From the NCBI GenBank assembly GCA_963736855.1, contig CAVTQK010000021.1, positions 384,001 to 448,000 on the forward strand: 64,000 bases of DNA, read 5' to 3'. This stretch comes from an uncultured delta proteobacterium. GTDB taxonomy: Bacteria > Desulfobacterota > Desulfobacteria > Desulfobacterales > UBA2156. Each line of letters starts with the position of its first letter. The first letter of the stretch is position 1. A program made the position numbers and the translations under genes. The notes under the pieces were generated by a model that saw nothing but the letters and a program-made list of their open reading frames with translations, had not been told where the DNA came from and searched no databases. Shown piece by piece: positions 38,299 through 49,628 of this stretch.

Positions 38299-41200
38299 AT
38301 ACTTTCCTGAGGTATCAAAGTCTTTTCCAGCGCCATGATTTTATTTATATCCGGTAGATCGTAGTAGACCCCTGTTCCGGAAACCCCGGTCTCCGGGTCC
38401 GGAGATATGCCCCGGATGAAGAGATAAAATACACCGCCGAAATCCCTCTCGTAGGAAAACCCCGGTTTTTTCAGTTTCAGAAACCGATACAGGGCGAGAA
38501 CATAAAGATGATATTGGAGGAAGTAATAGTCTTCTTCAACGGCCCGGATCAAATGGGAGTCGGTGTAGGCATCCCAATCGTTTCCTAAAAGATTCGATTT
38601 CCAGTCGATGAGATAGTATCGTCCCCCCTGTAAGGCCACCAGGTCCATAAAACCCCGCATGAAGCCTTCCCAGGGAGAGAAAAAAAGCTTCCCCATACGC
38701 CCTGAACAATCAGCCGCCCTCCCCTTTTTCCCCTCTCCGCCAAAGGCCGCCGCCAGGTCTTCGGGGGATACCCATTTTATCGGAAAGTGAAATTCCATTT
38801 CGTGAATCCGGTCTGTCAGTGAAAGGGCTGAAAGGATCAGGTCGCCTCCGGCGGCCTGCAGGCGGGTGGAAAGGACCCGGCTTGCCGCAACACAGACGGC
38901 TTCTTTCCAACCCGTATCGAACCCGAAAGCGGAAAGAGCCGTAGCCGCAAGATCCGTCTGTTGCATGGGAGATCTGGAAAAATCAAGGTCTTCGAAAAAG
39001 GCATGAAAGAAGCGCCCGGCATGGGGACCGGCAGGAAAGGTAAAAAGGTTTGCGGGTTCCAATGTCACTGGTTCTTTTATCGTTTTTGTCATGTCATCGT
39101 CCATCCATCGGGCGCGTTCCGGAGCACCGGCGATGAGAGACGAGTAGCTCGAAACCTTCCATCCGGCCGGGATATTCCCCGTAAATTGCCGGCAGGAAAG
39201 CATCAGGGATGTTTTCTTTTCGGGACGCTGTTTTTTTATTCTCTCCTCCGGAAGACGGGAAACAGCGATGCATCCGCCAGACCTGGCTTCCATGGCCCGA
39301 AGGTCTGCCAACAATTCAGCGTCATCTTTTTTAGAAAATGAATCCTCCAAAATTTGTGACGGAAGTCGGGCCGGATCGCTAAAATCGGCACCCGTGAGAT
39401 GATGGAAAAGGTAAACCATGGCGGACGACTCTGCCGTGCGGATTCTTCCCCAAACCAGGTAGCATCGTTTCTTTGCGCGGGTAACCGCCACATAAAGGAG
39501 CCGGATGTTTTCCGCCAGGCGTTCCTTCTGGGCAAGGAAAATACCTTTCGGATTGGTCTTTGGGTCCAGATCCACCACCAGCCCAAGGTCCGAATCCGGA
39601 TCATGGAAAGACAATGCCTCTTCCTTTGCCTCGGCGCTTTCCCATGCGAAGGGACAGAAGACGACAGGGTACTCGAGTCCCTTGCTTCGATGCATGGTAA
39701 CGATGGTCACCGCGTTTTCATCGCTTTCGAGCCTCAGTTGATGCGCATCCGGACGGGGAGAAGCGGGATCCCGCCGCTCGGATATCCATTTCATGAGTCC
39801 TTCCATGGTGAATGGATGCGACGCCGAAGCTTCCTGGATGAGTTCCGTCAGGTGTGCCAGGTTAGTCAATCGCCTTTCGCCGTCCGGGTGCCGGACCAGA
39901 CGGGCCTTCACCCCTTCGCGCTTCATAAGCCTTGCAAACATGGGGATAAATCCCCGGCTGTGCCACAGATCATGATACTCCCGAAATCGGATAAGCGTCG
40001 CTTCAAGGACTCGATTTTCCGACTTCTCCGAATCCAAGCCGGCCGCTGTAAGCCCCATTATGTCCGTTGCCAGAGCAGCACTGACTCGAAAAGGATTCAG
40101 GGGATCCTGAATCCCCAAAAGGAGGCGTTCCAGTTCGACGGCTTCGTGGGAATCGAAAACATTTTCGTCGCTGAAAAGAACCGCCGGGACCCCCTGGTGT
40201 GCCAGGGTCTCCTTGACGATCCGCGCCTGTCGATGGGTGCGTACCAGGACGGCGATCTCATTTTCCTGAAAAGCCCGGGAGTCGACGAGCGAAACAATCT
40301 CCGCACTTACGGCTTCGGAAACAGCGGCTACCGCTTCTGTCTTTCCGATGGACTTCCCGTTTTTTCCCGATAAAAACCAGATCCTCAGGGCAGCCCGATC
40401 CAAGGTTTGCTCGGTTTCGGTTTTCAGGGCAACACTACCAGTGTGAAAGGGTATCCCATCGAATAGAAACGGATGGGAAACATTGGAAAAAAGCGTGTTG
40501 ACCGACTGAACCAGCCCTGGAGTCGATCGAAAATTCCGGGTGAGGGTGTGGCGTTTTTGGGCGTATTTCGCAGCTTTCATATAAGAAAAGACATCTGCGC
40601 CCCTGAATCCGTATATGGCTTGCTTGGGGTCTCCTATCATGAAAAAGGCCTGCCCCGGTTTTGAAAAAAGCCGGGAAAAGATTTCGTATTGGACCGGATC
40701 GGTATCCTGAAATTCATCCACCAGTGCTGCCTGGTATCTCCCGGACACTGAACGGATCAATCGGGCTCCTGCGACATCGCGCAGGGCGTTTCGGACCGTC
40801 AGTAGTAGATCCTCAAAAAATTGGATCCGGAGACGGTACTTTCGCTGGGTCATCTCGTCTTCAGCATACCGGAAAAACTCTGTCTTTAAAGCCATCAGAT
40901 GATCGTGCATCTGGGTTTTCAGGACATCGGCAGCTTCCTGAAACGCCCCGCACAGATCGAAAAACGACGTGGGCCGGGGTTTTACATTTCTTTTTCGTAT
41001 TTTCTTTTAATTTCTTTGGAGTGAATCGCTCGAATCCTTCCACCAATGGGAATCCCGGTGCGTCGGATTCGGATAAGCAATCCATGCACTCCGCCAACTC
41101 CATGATGCCCTTTTCGGTGTAGATGTGCCGATTCAGTGCGGGGTCTTTCAGGCACATAAGAACGGAGTCCTTGGATTTCTGCCACGATTTTTTAATATGG

Positions 41201-41850
41201 CAAAGGAGCCTGCGAAACGTGTCCAGTCCGGAAAGCGGAGACTTTTGGATGTTGGGAAGGAGTGTGATTTCCGAATGGCGGATTTTCCTCAGCATTGAAC
41301 AAAGCGCCTTTGGATCATTCCATGAGTCTTTGCAATAATTGATGAACTCTGGCGGCGCAGGATGGAAATGAATCCGCCAAAAATCGTCACTTACTTCCTG
41401 CATGACGGATAGTGGGTCGGCGACAAGGTCCATATCAAAATAAGAACCGGTCTCAAAAGCCCATTCCTGCAATAGACGATTGCAAAACCCATGGATGGTA
41501 AATATGGAAGCCCGATCGAATTCCCGGAGTGCGTCGGTGAGGATTTGAAGTGCGTGTCGGTCCTGGCGAAACCTGAAGACGATGTGTCGCATCACCGCAT
41601 CCTCACCCTGGATCACGCCACAGGCTATAGCCTTTCGGGCCTCGCGGAGCCTTTTTCGGACCCGCATCCGCAGTTCTTCGGTAGCAGCATTGGTGAAGGT
41701 CACCACCAGGATCTGTTCCACCCTCAACCTTTTTTCAAGAAGCAGCCTTAAAAAAATCCCCGTGATGGACCAGGTCTTCCCGGTTCCGGCGCTGGCTTCG
41801 ATCAGTGTGGTCCCTTCCAGGGGGACGGAGCAGATATCCAGCTCCTTCAT
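38295..41850 (-). pseudogene. recB: Exodeoxyribonuclease V beta subunit split by a +1 frameshift near 40965-40970 (possibly an assembly error)
   Basis: ORF 40861-41850 has IEASAGTGKT and FTIHGFC; ORF 38295-40910 has DEFQD, GDPKQAIY, SKGLEY and nuclease GFMDL...DWK. Frames join as TPAH/SFFDLC. Confidence 0.92.
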
Positions 41851-41852
41851 GC

Positions 41853-44800
41853 CTATGACTTCCTCTTTTCCAAATGGGCGAACAGGGGGGCAAACACGGT
41901 TTCTGCATATTGCTCAAACAGGGTCCCTATAGGATCAACTCCTCTAAAGCATCGCTCGATGTAAGGGTCCAAGGCGTCTCCCGCTGCGAATTCGTTTCCG
42001 GTCCATTTTGTCTTTGCCCCTTGAAGGGCTTCCTCCCTGGATCGACCCTTGTAAAACCGTTGCCGGGCATATTCGAAGGATGATTGAGGGAAAAGGAGAA
42101 CGGGCTGCAAAAGGCCTTCTCGATAGAGATTGAGAAGCGATTCAAGTAAAAATGAGGCTTCACGGACCGGGTGAAACCGAAATAGGGCCTCTTTGCAAAA
42201 ATACAATGTTTCTCCGGACTTTTTCGTCGAGACGGCCGCCAGAAACAGGTGACGGATCCAGGAATCCAGCAGGTCTTTTCCCTGGGTGTTGACATACCGG
42301 TATCGGATCAATCGACCCTGGCATACCGAACCGACCTTGCCGGAAAGGGTCAGATTGTCAAAATGTATTTCACCCGAGAACTCTTCGGGCTTTTCATGGC
42401 CACAAAGCTCTTTGACCTTTCGGCTGAATTTAGCAACATCCTGATTCAAACGATGAAATAGGGCCAAACCCACATTTCCATGGGGAAGGCGACCCTCAAG
42501 ATGCCATATCCGATGGACATTTTCAGGGAGCAATCCTTTGAGATGGGCCTCGACGAGGTCCTGGGCCATCCGATAGGTTTCCAGACCATCCAAGCCAAAC
42601 GGTTCGCGCTCCAGAAGCGGCTGCTCTCCTTCTGAAAGATACACACCGAGTCGATTTTTCAGGAAAAAGGCGGAGGTGTTGGAAAAGAAACGGCACAAAA
42701 CCTCCAGATCCGGATGTGCGAACGCCTCATCCGGTGCATCCAGAGGGAATTCAATGAACGGAGACTGGGCAGCTGAAAGGCGTTGCCCTTCTTTTGCGGC
42801 GAGAAAATCGTCTTCGGAATAACTGAACAGAACCGGATGGTTTTGAAAATAGGCGGGTGAAAATGGGTGAAGCCGGTGATGGACTACCAGATCAGTTTCC
42901 GGGATTCCGTACCCATCCCGAATGTAATCCAAAAGCTGTGTCACAAGCACTGACGGAGGTATGACGGTGTTATCCTGGATATTCAACCCCACGTAACTGA
43001 TGAACAGTCTTCGCCTCGCCGAAAGGAGAGCTTCCAGAAAGAGGTATTTGTCGTCCCGCCGCCGGGAGCGATCTCCGGCCCGGGGTTTCATGGCCATCTT
43101 ATCGAACGTCAGAGGATGGTCTTGCCCAGGATAGGCTCCATCGTTCATTCCCACCATACAGATCACCTGGGCCGGAATGCTCCGCATGGGAAGCAAGGTG
43201 CAGAAGGTCATGCCTTCCGAAGCAAACCGATGACCCTCTGTTTTCCGTTTCAAACGCTCCTCGAGATAGGACCGGACCACCGGAAAATCCACTTTTTCTT
43301 CGAATCCGGACTGGGTTCCCACCCATCCTAGGTGATGGATCGCATCTTCAATGGCGAAAATCCCCTGGCTTGCCGATGTTTCCATCTCCATAAAATCGTG
43401 AAGTAATTGATTAATTAATGCTATCCAACTGTCTATATTATTTATAGAATAATAGTTATTATAATAAATAACGGTGGTATCAAAAAATGTGAAAAATTTT
43501 TCCAGGGTTTTAACGAATTCGCCGGATACGGCGCCGTATGGTAAAACACCGGCTACATCTTTTTCTCCTTCTTCGATCATGGCGTAACCCAGGAGCAGCC
43601 GATCGAGTCCGGCTTCCCACGTATTTTCCATAAAACCGGGAATGCCCCACCGGTTCCTATCTTCGGAGTTTACCCCCCATCGAATACGGGTTTCCCGGAT
43701 CCATCTTTCGATGGTCCTGACTTCCGCCTCGGATAGATTAAAGCGATGACGGATTGGAGCATACTCAAGAATCCCCAGGAGTTGGGAGGCACCGAGGCGG
43801 GTGTTATAAAGAGACAAAATGGATAAAAACGCTTCCACCGCCTCATCCTCCATGCCGATCCCCCGGTCTGCGATGCGAAACGGAATTCGGGGGTTTCCTT
43901 CCGACTGAGTACCGAAGACGGCCTGGATGAAAGGGGCATAGGTTTCGATCTCCGGTGTCATCACAAGGATGTCCTGGGGGGTTATCTCCGGTTCAGATTC
44001 GAAAAGATCGAGGATTAAATCCCGGAGCACCTCCATCTCCCGCATGGGGCTGTGGCATGCATGAATCCAAATGGAGCGATCCGATTTGACGGGTCCTGGA
44101 ACCGCTCTCCCGACTCCGGCAGCCGTCTCAGGATCCGTTAGTGTTAAGATGTCCCTTTGGATCCGCGAAAGGAGGGTATTGCCGTCAGGCTCCTGGAAAA
44201 GCTCTTCCACACTCGCTTCAAGGGTATTGACGGTGGAAAAGAATTGTCTCCCCTGGACACCCCAGGCCGATAGCAACCGGTTTCCCCTTTCCATATGGAA
44301 GTCGCGGCCTGAACCGATGGGCTCCGGATAAGCGGAACGGATACGCTGCGCTTCGTAATCCGAGACGATTTCGGACCAATACTCCCGGCAGGGATTCATT
44401 AAAAAAAGATACACGGGAACCTGTCGGGAAATTTCGGCCATAATCTGGAGGTAAACCGGCGGGAGATAAGAGATGCCGAAGACGCAAACCCGATGAAAAT
44501 GGATATCCAGTCGAATACGTCCCTCCCGAATCTTCTCCACGAGTTGCCTCATCCAGAACGCCGGATGACGATTTGGGCTTTCCAACATCAAGTCACGCCA
44601 CAGCACCGCCTGCCAATCGCTTTCCTGACCGGATTCCCATGAAAAAACCATATCGGGCCGGAAGATCGGATATTGATCGAAAAGATGGGAGATCTTTCTG
44701 GATATTCCGTAGCGCTTCAGCCGGTCACCCCCCTCTCCCAGATACGTCGAAAGGGGTTCAAAGACCGGCTCCCCGATCCGATCCTTGAGGTGCTTCATGA

Positions 44801-45086
44801 TGCGAAACGTCATGACTTCCGGATCGAAAGCATACGGAGGAATAAATTCCGGAAAGCATTTTTTGAAGATATCTTCCAGAAAAGCCCTGGGAAAAGGAAA
44901 AACCATGTTAGCGCAAATCCCGTTGATCCGGGCCAGGGCCATGCGGATCCAGCTCTCCATTCCCTTGCTTTGAACCACGACAAGATCTGGAGCAAGGGGT
45001 TCTTCAAGCGGTTGTGCCGCGATGTCCGCCAACCGCTCGGCAAGCACTTCCAGTCGATTACCGGTGATAACGGTCAGGTGCGCCAT
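41853..45086 (-). CDS. recC: Exodeoxyribonuclease V gamma subunit
   Basis: NPCREYW, HACHSPMREMEVL, TLLPMRSIP, DDKYLFLEALLSAR; recC-recB-recD order. Confidence 0.96.
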   Translation of the reverse strand: MAHLTVITGNRLEVLAERLADIAAQPLEEPLAPDLVVVQSKGMESWIRMALARINGICANMVFPFPRAFLEDIFKKCFPEFIPPYAFDPEVMTFRIMKHLKDRIGEPVFEPLSTYLGEGGDRLKRYGISRKISHLFDQYPIFRPDMVFSWESGQESDWQAVLWRDLMLESPNRHPAFWMRQLVEKIREGRIRLDIHFHRVCVFGISYLPPVYLQIMAEISRQVPVYLFLMNPCREYWSEIVSDYEAQRIRSAYPEPIGSGRDFHMERGNRLLSAWGVQGRQFFSTVNTLEASVEELFQEPDGNTLLSRIQRDILTLTDPETAAGVGRAVPGPVKSDRSIWIHACHSPMREMEVLRDLILDLFESEPEITPQDILVMTPEIETYAPFIQAVFGTQSEGNPRIPFRIADRGIGMEDEAVEAFLSILSLYNTRLGASQLLGILEYAPIRHRFNLSEAEVRTIERWIRETRIRWGVNSEDRNRWGIPGFMENTWEAGLDRLLLGYAMIEEGEKDVAGVLPYGAVSGEFVKTLEKFFTFFDTTVIYYNNYYSINNIDSWIALINQLLHDFMEMETSASQGIFAIEDAIHHLGWVGTQSGFEEKVDFPVVRSYLEERLKRKTEGHRFASEGMTFCTLLPMRSIPAQVICMVGMNDGAYPGQDHPLTFDKMAMKPRAGDRSRRRDDKYLFLEALLSARRRLFISYVGLNIQDNTVIPPSVLVTQLLDYIRDGYGIPETDLVVHHRLHPFSPAYFQNHPVLFSYSEDDFLAAKEGQRLSAAQSPFIEFPLDAPDEAFAHPDLEVLCRFFSNTSAFFLKNRLGVYLSEGEQPLLEREPFGLDGLETYRMAQDLVEAHLKGLLPENVHRIWHLEGRLPHGNVGLALFHRLNQDVAKFSRKVKELCGHEKPEEFSGEIHFDNLTLSGKVGSVCQGRLIRYRYVNTQGKDLLDSWIRHLFLAAVSTKKSGETLYFCKEALFRFHPVREASFLLESLLNLYREGLLQPVLLFPQSSFEYARQRFYKGRSREEALQGAKTKWTGNEFAAGDALDPYIERCFRGVDPIGTLFEQYAETVFAPLFAHLEKRKS

Positions 45087-45170
45087 GCGAAGGCCGGTAC
45101 AAATGGGTTCGACGGATTCCTGAAAAAGAAATTTCGAAGCTTAAAAAAAGAGGCGAAAATAACGGATCAT

Positions 45171-45836
45171 TCATGAAATCATGGCCACCACCTGGTTCAC
45201 AAGCTTTTCGATTCCTTCGGCAACTTCCTTGATTCCGGGTCCCAGCATGTATGCAGGAGTGGACACGATGCGGTTAGCCTTGTCAATGTGGATCTGATCC
45301 ACCATGCAGATCCGATGCACCCCGCCCATGGTTTCGATGGCGGCAGCAGTCCCAGGATCGTCTCCGATGGTGACTTCGGGTCTTCGTTCCGCCAGGGCTT
45401 TGGTTACGGTGGCGGGGGCAATACAGATAGCGCCTATGGGCTTTTTGGCTTTGGCCATCTCGGTTAAAAGCCTTTTGACTTCCGGATGAACCTTTGCATC
45501 CGGACCTTTCACGGCAAAATTACTTAAATTTTTAGCCGCACCGTATCCCCCCGGAATGATGAGGGCATCAAGATCGGAGGCTCTGACTTCCTTGATGTTT
45601 CGGATGTCCCCCCGGGCGATCCGGGCCGATTCAACCAGTACGTTTCGTCGTTCTTTTTCCTCTTCGCGGTTCAGATGATTGACGACATGGAACTGATCCA
45701 CATCCGGGGCTATGCAGACGCTCTTTGCGCCGGCGCGATCCAGCGTCAGCAGCGTAATGACTGCCTCGTGGATCTCCGTTCCATCAAAAACGCCGCACCC
45801 CGACAATAAGACGCCCACCCGTTTCTCCATAGCCAT
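45171..45836 (-). CDS. elbB: ElbB glyoxalase (DJ-1/PfpI superfamily)
   Basis: LSGCGVFDGTEIHE, ESARIARG, PGGYGAAKNL, CIAP, STPAYM. Confidence 0.94.
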   Translation of the reverse strand: MAMEKRVGVLLSGCGVFDGTEIHEAVITLLTLDRAGAKSVCIAPDVDQFHVVNHLNREEEKERRNVLVESARIARGDIRNIKEVRASDLDALIIPGGYGAAKNLSNFAVKGPDAKVHPEVKRLLTEMAKAKKPIGAICIAPATVTKALAERRPEVTIGDDPGTAAAIETMGGVHRICMVDQIHIDKANRIVSTPAYMLGPGIKEVAEGIEKLVNQVVAMIS

Positions 45837-45914
45837 GCTCCTTTTCTTTTCTTTCGGCCATCCCCAAAGCGAATGTGGTCGCCTAATGGAAAACTCCGAT
45901 TTGCTGGAAAAACA

Positions 45915-47399
45915 TTAGAACTGAAATCGTTTTTGAATAAAAACTTTTCTGCATGCTTCAACGACGCCGGGATCATACAAACACCCGCTATTTTTTGTGA
46001 TCTCTTCCAAAGCGGCATCAACACCCAGGGCCGGTCGATAAGGACGATGCGTAGCCATGGCTTCCACGGTGTCGGCCACCGCCATGATGCGGGCTTCCAG
46101 AAGTGTCTGGTCGCCGGTGAGGTTCCTGGGGTATCCGGACCCGTTCATCCTTTCGTGATGCTGGAAGATGATCTCGGCGATGGGCCAGGGAAACGCAATC
46201 CCGCTCATGATATCATAGCCGGATTGCGAGTGTATTTTAATAAGCTGAAATTCCACGTCGGATAATCGTCCCGGTTTGCTTAAGATTTCGGCGGGTACAG
46301 CGATCTTTCCGATGTCGTGTATCAGAGCGGCCATGAAGATCCCCTCCACCCGATTTTCGAGAAGGTTCATTTCCTGGGCGATGGCCCGGCTGAGCTTGGC
46401 CACTCTTTGCTGATGACCGGCGGTGTACGGGTCCCGACGTTCTACAATACCGGCCATGGCTTGAATGGTCCCCACCATGGCGTTTTGGAGCTTGTCGTAG
46501 CTTTGAGTGATGGCCTGCTCCATGCGTTTGCGTTCACTAATATCCCGAATGGAAGCCAGAAATGCCTTTTCTCCTTCCCATTCGGTTTCAACCACTTGCA
46601 TTTCGGCAATTACAGAAGACCGGTCTCCATTTTGGATTTCGATTTCTGTGGTCTGTCCCACCCGAATCGGATAAATAAAGGGATGATCGACCAAGTCCGC
46701 CTCGCGGCTGGCAAACAGATTTTGAGCTGCCGGATTGAAGAATTGTGCGATATTTTTTTGGTCCAGGATGACAATCCCATCCGAATTGTTGGTGATCATC
46801 TGTCGAAAGTTTTTCTCACTCGCCCTCAGGGCGATTTCCGCACGGGTACGGGCCTGAACCTCATCCGAAAGCTTCTTATTAGCTTCCAGAAGAGATAAGG
46901 TACGGGCCTTCACTCTCTCCTCCAGTTCTTGAAGGACGGATTGGTATTCCCGCTCCACCCGCCACTTTTCGCTCAGCGCAGAGGCAAACTGGAGGATTTC
47001 CTGGGGGTAAAATGGTTTCTGAAGATAGAGAAGCTTGTCCACGGGTAAAATGGAACGGGCAGTCCCCAGGATGTCCACCCGGGCTTGACCCGTCACCAGA
47101 ACGATGCCGACGTCCGGATCGATTTTTCGGATCTCCCGGGCGGTCCATATTCCGTCGGGTCCCGGAGGCATGTTGATATCGAGAAAGACCGCGGAAAAGG
47201 GACGGCCGGTTTGTTGGCTTTCTTGCACCAACGTTATGGCATGATCCCCTTGCCGGCTTTGGGCGACGTCGAAGTGCGGCATTTCCTGGGTATCGCCAAT
47301 TAGGTACTGGCTGGAAGAAAGGATCTGGTGATATAAATCGAGGATCGTCTCTTCATCGTCCACGGTGAGGATTCGAAAGGGCGGTTCCTTCTGAGGCAT
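45915..47399 (-). CDS. Response regulator with REC, PAS and HD-GYP phosphodiesterase domains
   Basis: VDDE...DINMP receiver; TAGHQQRV, IHDIGK, HHERMNGSGYP. Confidence 0.93.
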   Translation of the reverse strand: MPQKEPPFRILTVDDEETILDLYHQILSSSQYLIGDTQEMPHFDVAQSRQGDHAITLVQESQQTGRPFSAVFLDINMPPGPDGIWTAREIRKIDPDVGIVLVTGQARVDILGTARSILPVDKLLYLQKPFYPQEILQFASALSEKWRVEREYQSVLQELEERVKARTLSLLEANKKLSDEVQARTRAEIALRASEKNFRQMITNNSDGIVILDQKNIAQFFNPAAQNLFASREADLVDHPFIYPIRVGQTTEIEIQNGDRSSVIAEMQVVETEWEGEKAFLASIRDISERKRMEQAITQSYDKLQNAMVGTIQAMAGIVERRDPYTAGHQQRVAKLSRAIAQEMNLLENRVEGIFMAALIHDIGKIAVPAEILSKPGRLSDVEFQLIKIHSQSGYDIMSGIAFPWPIAEIIFQHHERMNGSGYPRNLTGDQTLLEARIMAVADTVEAMATHRPYRPALGVDAALEEITKNSGCLYDPGVVEACRKVFIQKRFQF

Positions 47400-47586
47400 G
47401 GCGGCACTCCTGTTCGGCTGATCTCAGATCCAATGTATTAAAATCCTTAACACATCCGGCCGGTATTTTCAAGGAGGTTTTAATAGATTGACCCCGCATG
47501 GTTGTCCCGGTTCTAATGAAAAGGAGAAGGTCCTTTTAAAAATCAAACCGAAACGAGGGGGGATGCCTGAAAAGAGAATATCGATT

Positions 47587-48244
47587 TTAGACCAACGCCT
47601 TGATTTTCTTAATGTCTTTAGACTTCCCCAGCATGATCAGTATGTCGCTGTCTTTTATGATAAAACTTGCCGGGGGTACCAGAATAAAATTTTCCGGTAC
47701 AAGCTCCTTGATGGCGATGATATGCACATTGTATTTGGCCCGCAGATTCAGCTCTTGTAAGACTTTTTCCGATGAACTCGCGCGGGGGGTCGACCTGAAC
47801 CAGATCGAATTCGTCCGCAAGCGGAATAAAATCCAGGATGTTGGGCCGGGAAAGACCCTTTGACACGCGCAGGGCCATGTCGCGTTCCGGATGGATGATT
47901 TCGGTAGCCCCGACGCGTCTTAAAATTTTACCGTGATCTTCGTCGAGTGCCTTGACGAGAATCTTTTTTACACCGATTTCCTGAAGATACAGACAGATCA
48001 GGATGCTGATGCTGATTTTCGTGCCGGTGGAAACAATCACCCCGTCCATATCCTCCAGTCCCATCGCTTTTAAAGCATCCTTGTCCGTGGCATTCATGAC
48101 AATGGCTTCGGTCGAGTAAGGATCGATGGCCTGAATTTTCCCTTTATCGATGTCAATGGCCACCACCTCATTCCCATCCTCAAACAACGCCTTGGCCGTA
48201 TGAAAACCAAAATTTCCGAGCCCTATGACTGCAAATCGTTTCAT
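47587..48244 (-). pseudogene. trkA: KtrA/TrkA-type RCK regulatory subunit with a +1 frameshift near 47757-47762
   Basis: GLGNFG Rossmann, HPERDMA; IGKSL continues as QELNLRAKYNVHIIAIK in the next frame. Confidence 0.88.
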
Positions 48245-48257
48245 TTCCGTTTTTCCT

Positions 48258-49628
48258 TCATCCGATCATGATATTCTCTTCCGAATACTCAATACCACTG
48301 GTCGCACTTGTTCCGACAATGATATACGAAAAGGTGAGAACCCCTACCCTGCCTAAAATCATCATCAGGATGATCCAGCACTTACCCCAAAGAGTTAATG
48401 CCGGGGTTATACCGATGGACAAACCTACGGTTCCAAAAGCCGATACGGTTTCAAAGAGATAAGCCAGGAAGGCGCCTTGTCGACGCGGGAACAGGTGATC
48501 ACCTCCTGTATCTCCGATCAAAAGCATGAACAATACGATGCTGATAATCCCAATGGAAAGGAGAAGGAGCGACATGCTTCGGGTCATCGTTTCCGCGGGG
48601 ATGCTTTTCTTAAACATGTTGACACGTCGCTTTCTTTTCACCCGACTCAAGATGAATGCCGTCAAAAGCGCCAAGGTTGTGGTCTTGACTCCGCCGCCGC
48701 AGGAACCCGGCGAGGCGCCGAAGAACATGAGAAAGATCATCATGGCCAAGGTGGCGTCCTTAAGCGAACCGATGTCCACCGTGTTGAATCCTGCGGTGCG
48801 ACACGTGATGGATTGAAACACCGGGACTAAGATTCGATGCGAAAGCGTTTGCGCATCCCCAAGGGCCTGCCGCTCCAAGAATGCAAATATCAAGGCTCCG
48901 GATACGATGAGGATTAAGGTCGTCAACAGCACGGTCTTGGTTTGAATCGAGAGCCTGCAGCGTTTGCGGTTCCGCAATCCGATCCAGCATTGCAGATCAT
49001 AGAGCACTGGGAACCCAACGCCGCCGACAACAATCAAGCTGCAAACGGTTGTGTTCAGGAGAAAATTGCCGCTGTAGTTCATCATACTGTCGGAAAACAG
49101 CGCAAAGCCGGCATTACAGAACGCGGAAACCGAGTGAAAGACCGCTGTATAGAGGGCAGGAAAAAAGGAGAATTCCTGACTCCAATGGAGGGTCAGGAAA
49201 ACAGCCCCGATGACCTCCGAACCGAGTGTAAAGAGGACAGTGCTCTTTACAAGACCGTAGATATCCTCGCGCGGGGTATGGGCGAACAGGTCCTGCATGG
49301 CCATGCGCTGACGGAAGGAAATATTTCGGCCGATCCATCTGAACAGGGCTACGGAAATGGTCATGACGCCGAGACCGCCGATTTGGATCATCGCGAGTAT
49401 CACACACTGTCCGAACACGGTGAAATAACTCCCTGTATCCACCACCGCCAGGCCTGTGACACATACGGCAGACGTGATCGTGAACAGGGCATCCACCCAA
49501 GGGATGTGACCGGTTATGCTGGAAGCCGGGAGTTTGAGCAGGATCGTCCCGACGGTAATGGCCAAGAGAAAACTGGCCAGGACGAGAGTTGCCGGGTGCA
49601 CCTTGAGTATACGAGTCCGAAGCGTCAT
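48258..49628 (-). CDS. KtrB-type potassium/sodium uptake membrane subunit
   Basis: Four pore loops SAVCVTG, SAFCNAG, CRTAG, SAFGTVG; GASPGSCGGGVK. Confidence 0.92.
   Translation of the reverse strand: MTLRTRILKVHPATLVLASFLLAITVGTILLKLPASSITGHIPWVDALFTITSAVCVTGLAVVDTGSYFTVFGQCVILAMIQIGGLGVMTISVALFRWIGRNISFRQRMAMQDLFAHTPREDIYGLVKSTVLFTLGSEVIGAVFLTLHWSQEFSFFPALYTAVFHSVSAFCNAGFALFSDSMMNYSGNFLLNTTVCSLIVVGGVGFPVLYDLQCWIGLRNRKRCRLSIQTKTVLLTTLILIVSGALIFAFLERQALGDAQTLSHRILVPVFQSITCRTAGFNTVDIGSLKDATLAMMIFLMFFGASPGSCGGGVKTTTLALLTAFILSRVKRKRRVNMFKKSIPAETMTRSMSLLLLSIGIISIVLFMLLIGDTGGDHLFPRRQGAFLAYLFETVSAFGTVGLSIGITPALTLWGKCWIILMMILGRVGVLTFSYIIVGTSATSGIEYSEENIMIG

Noticed and set aside
40955..40990. Programmed ribosomal frameshifting in recB, trkA or the kinase
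   Set aside because: The sites share no recoding signal, need a +1 shift, and I know no precedent in these families; sequence error is simpler.
47398..47410. ATGGCGG as an att repeat of the tRNA-Sec 3' end
   Set aside because: Only 7 bp match, which is expected by chance, and no integrase is present.
47488..47760. Plus-strand ORF with an SD-like GAGGGGGG before ATG 47563
   Set aside because: Almost entirely antisense to trkA with no recognisable motif; a gene remnant at the module edge cannot be excluded or supported.
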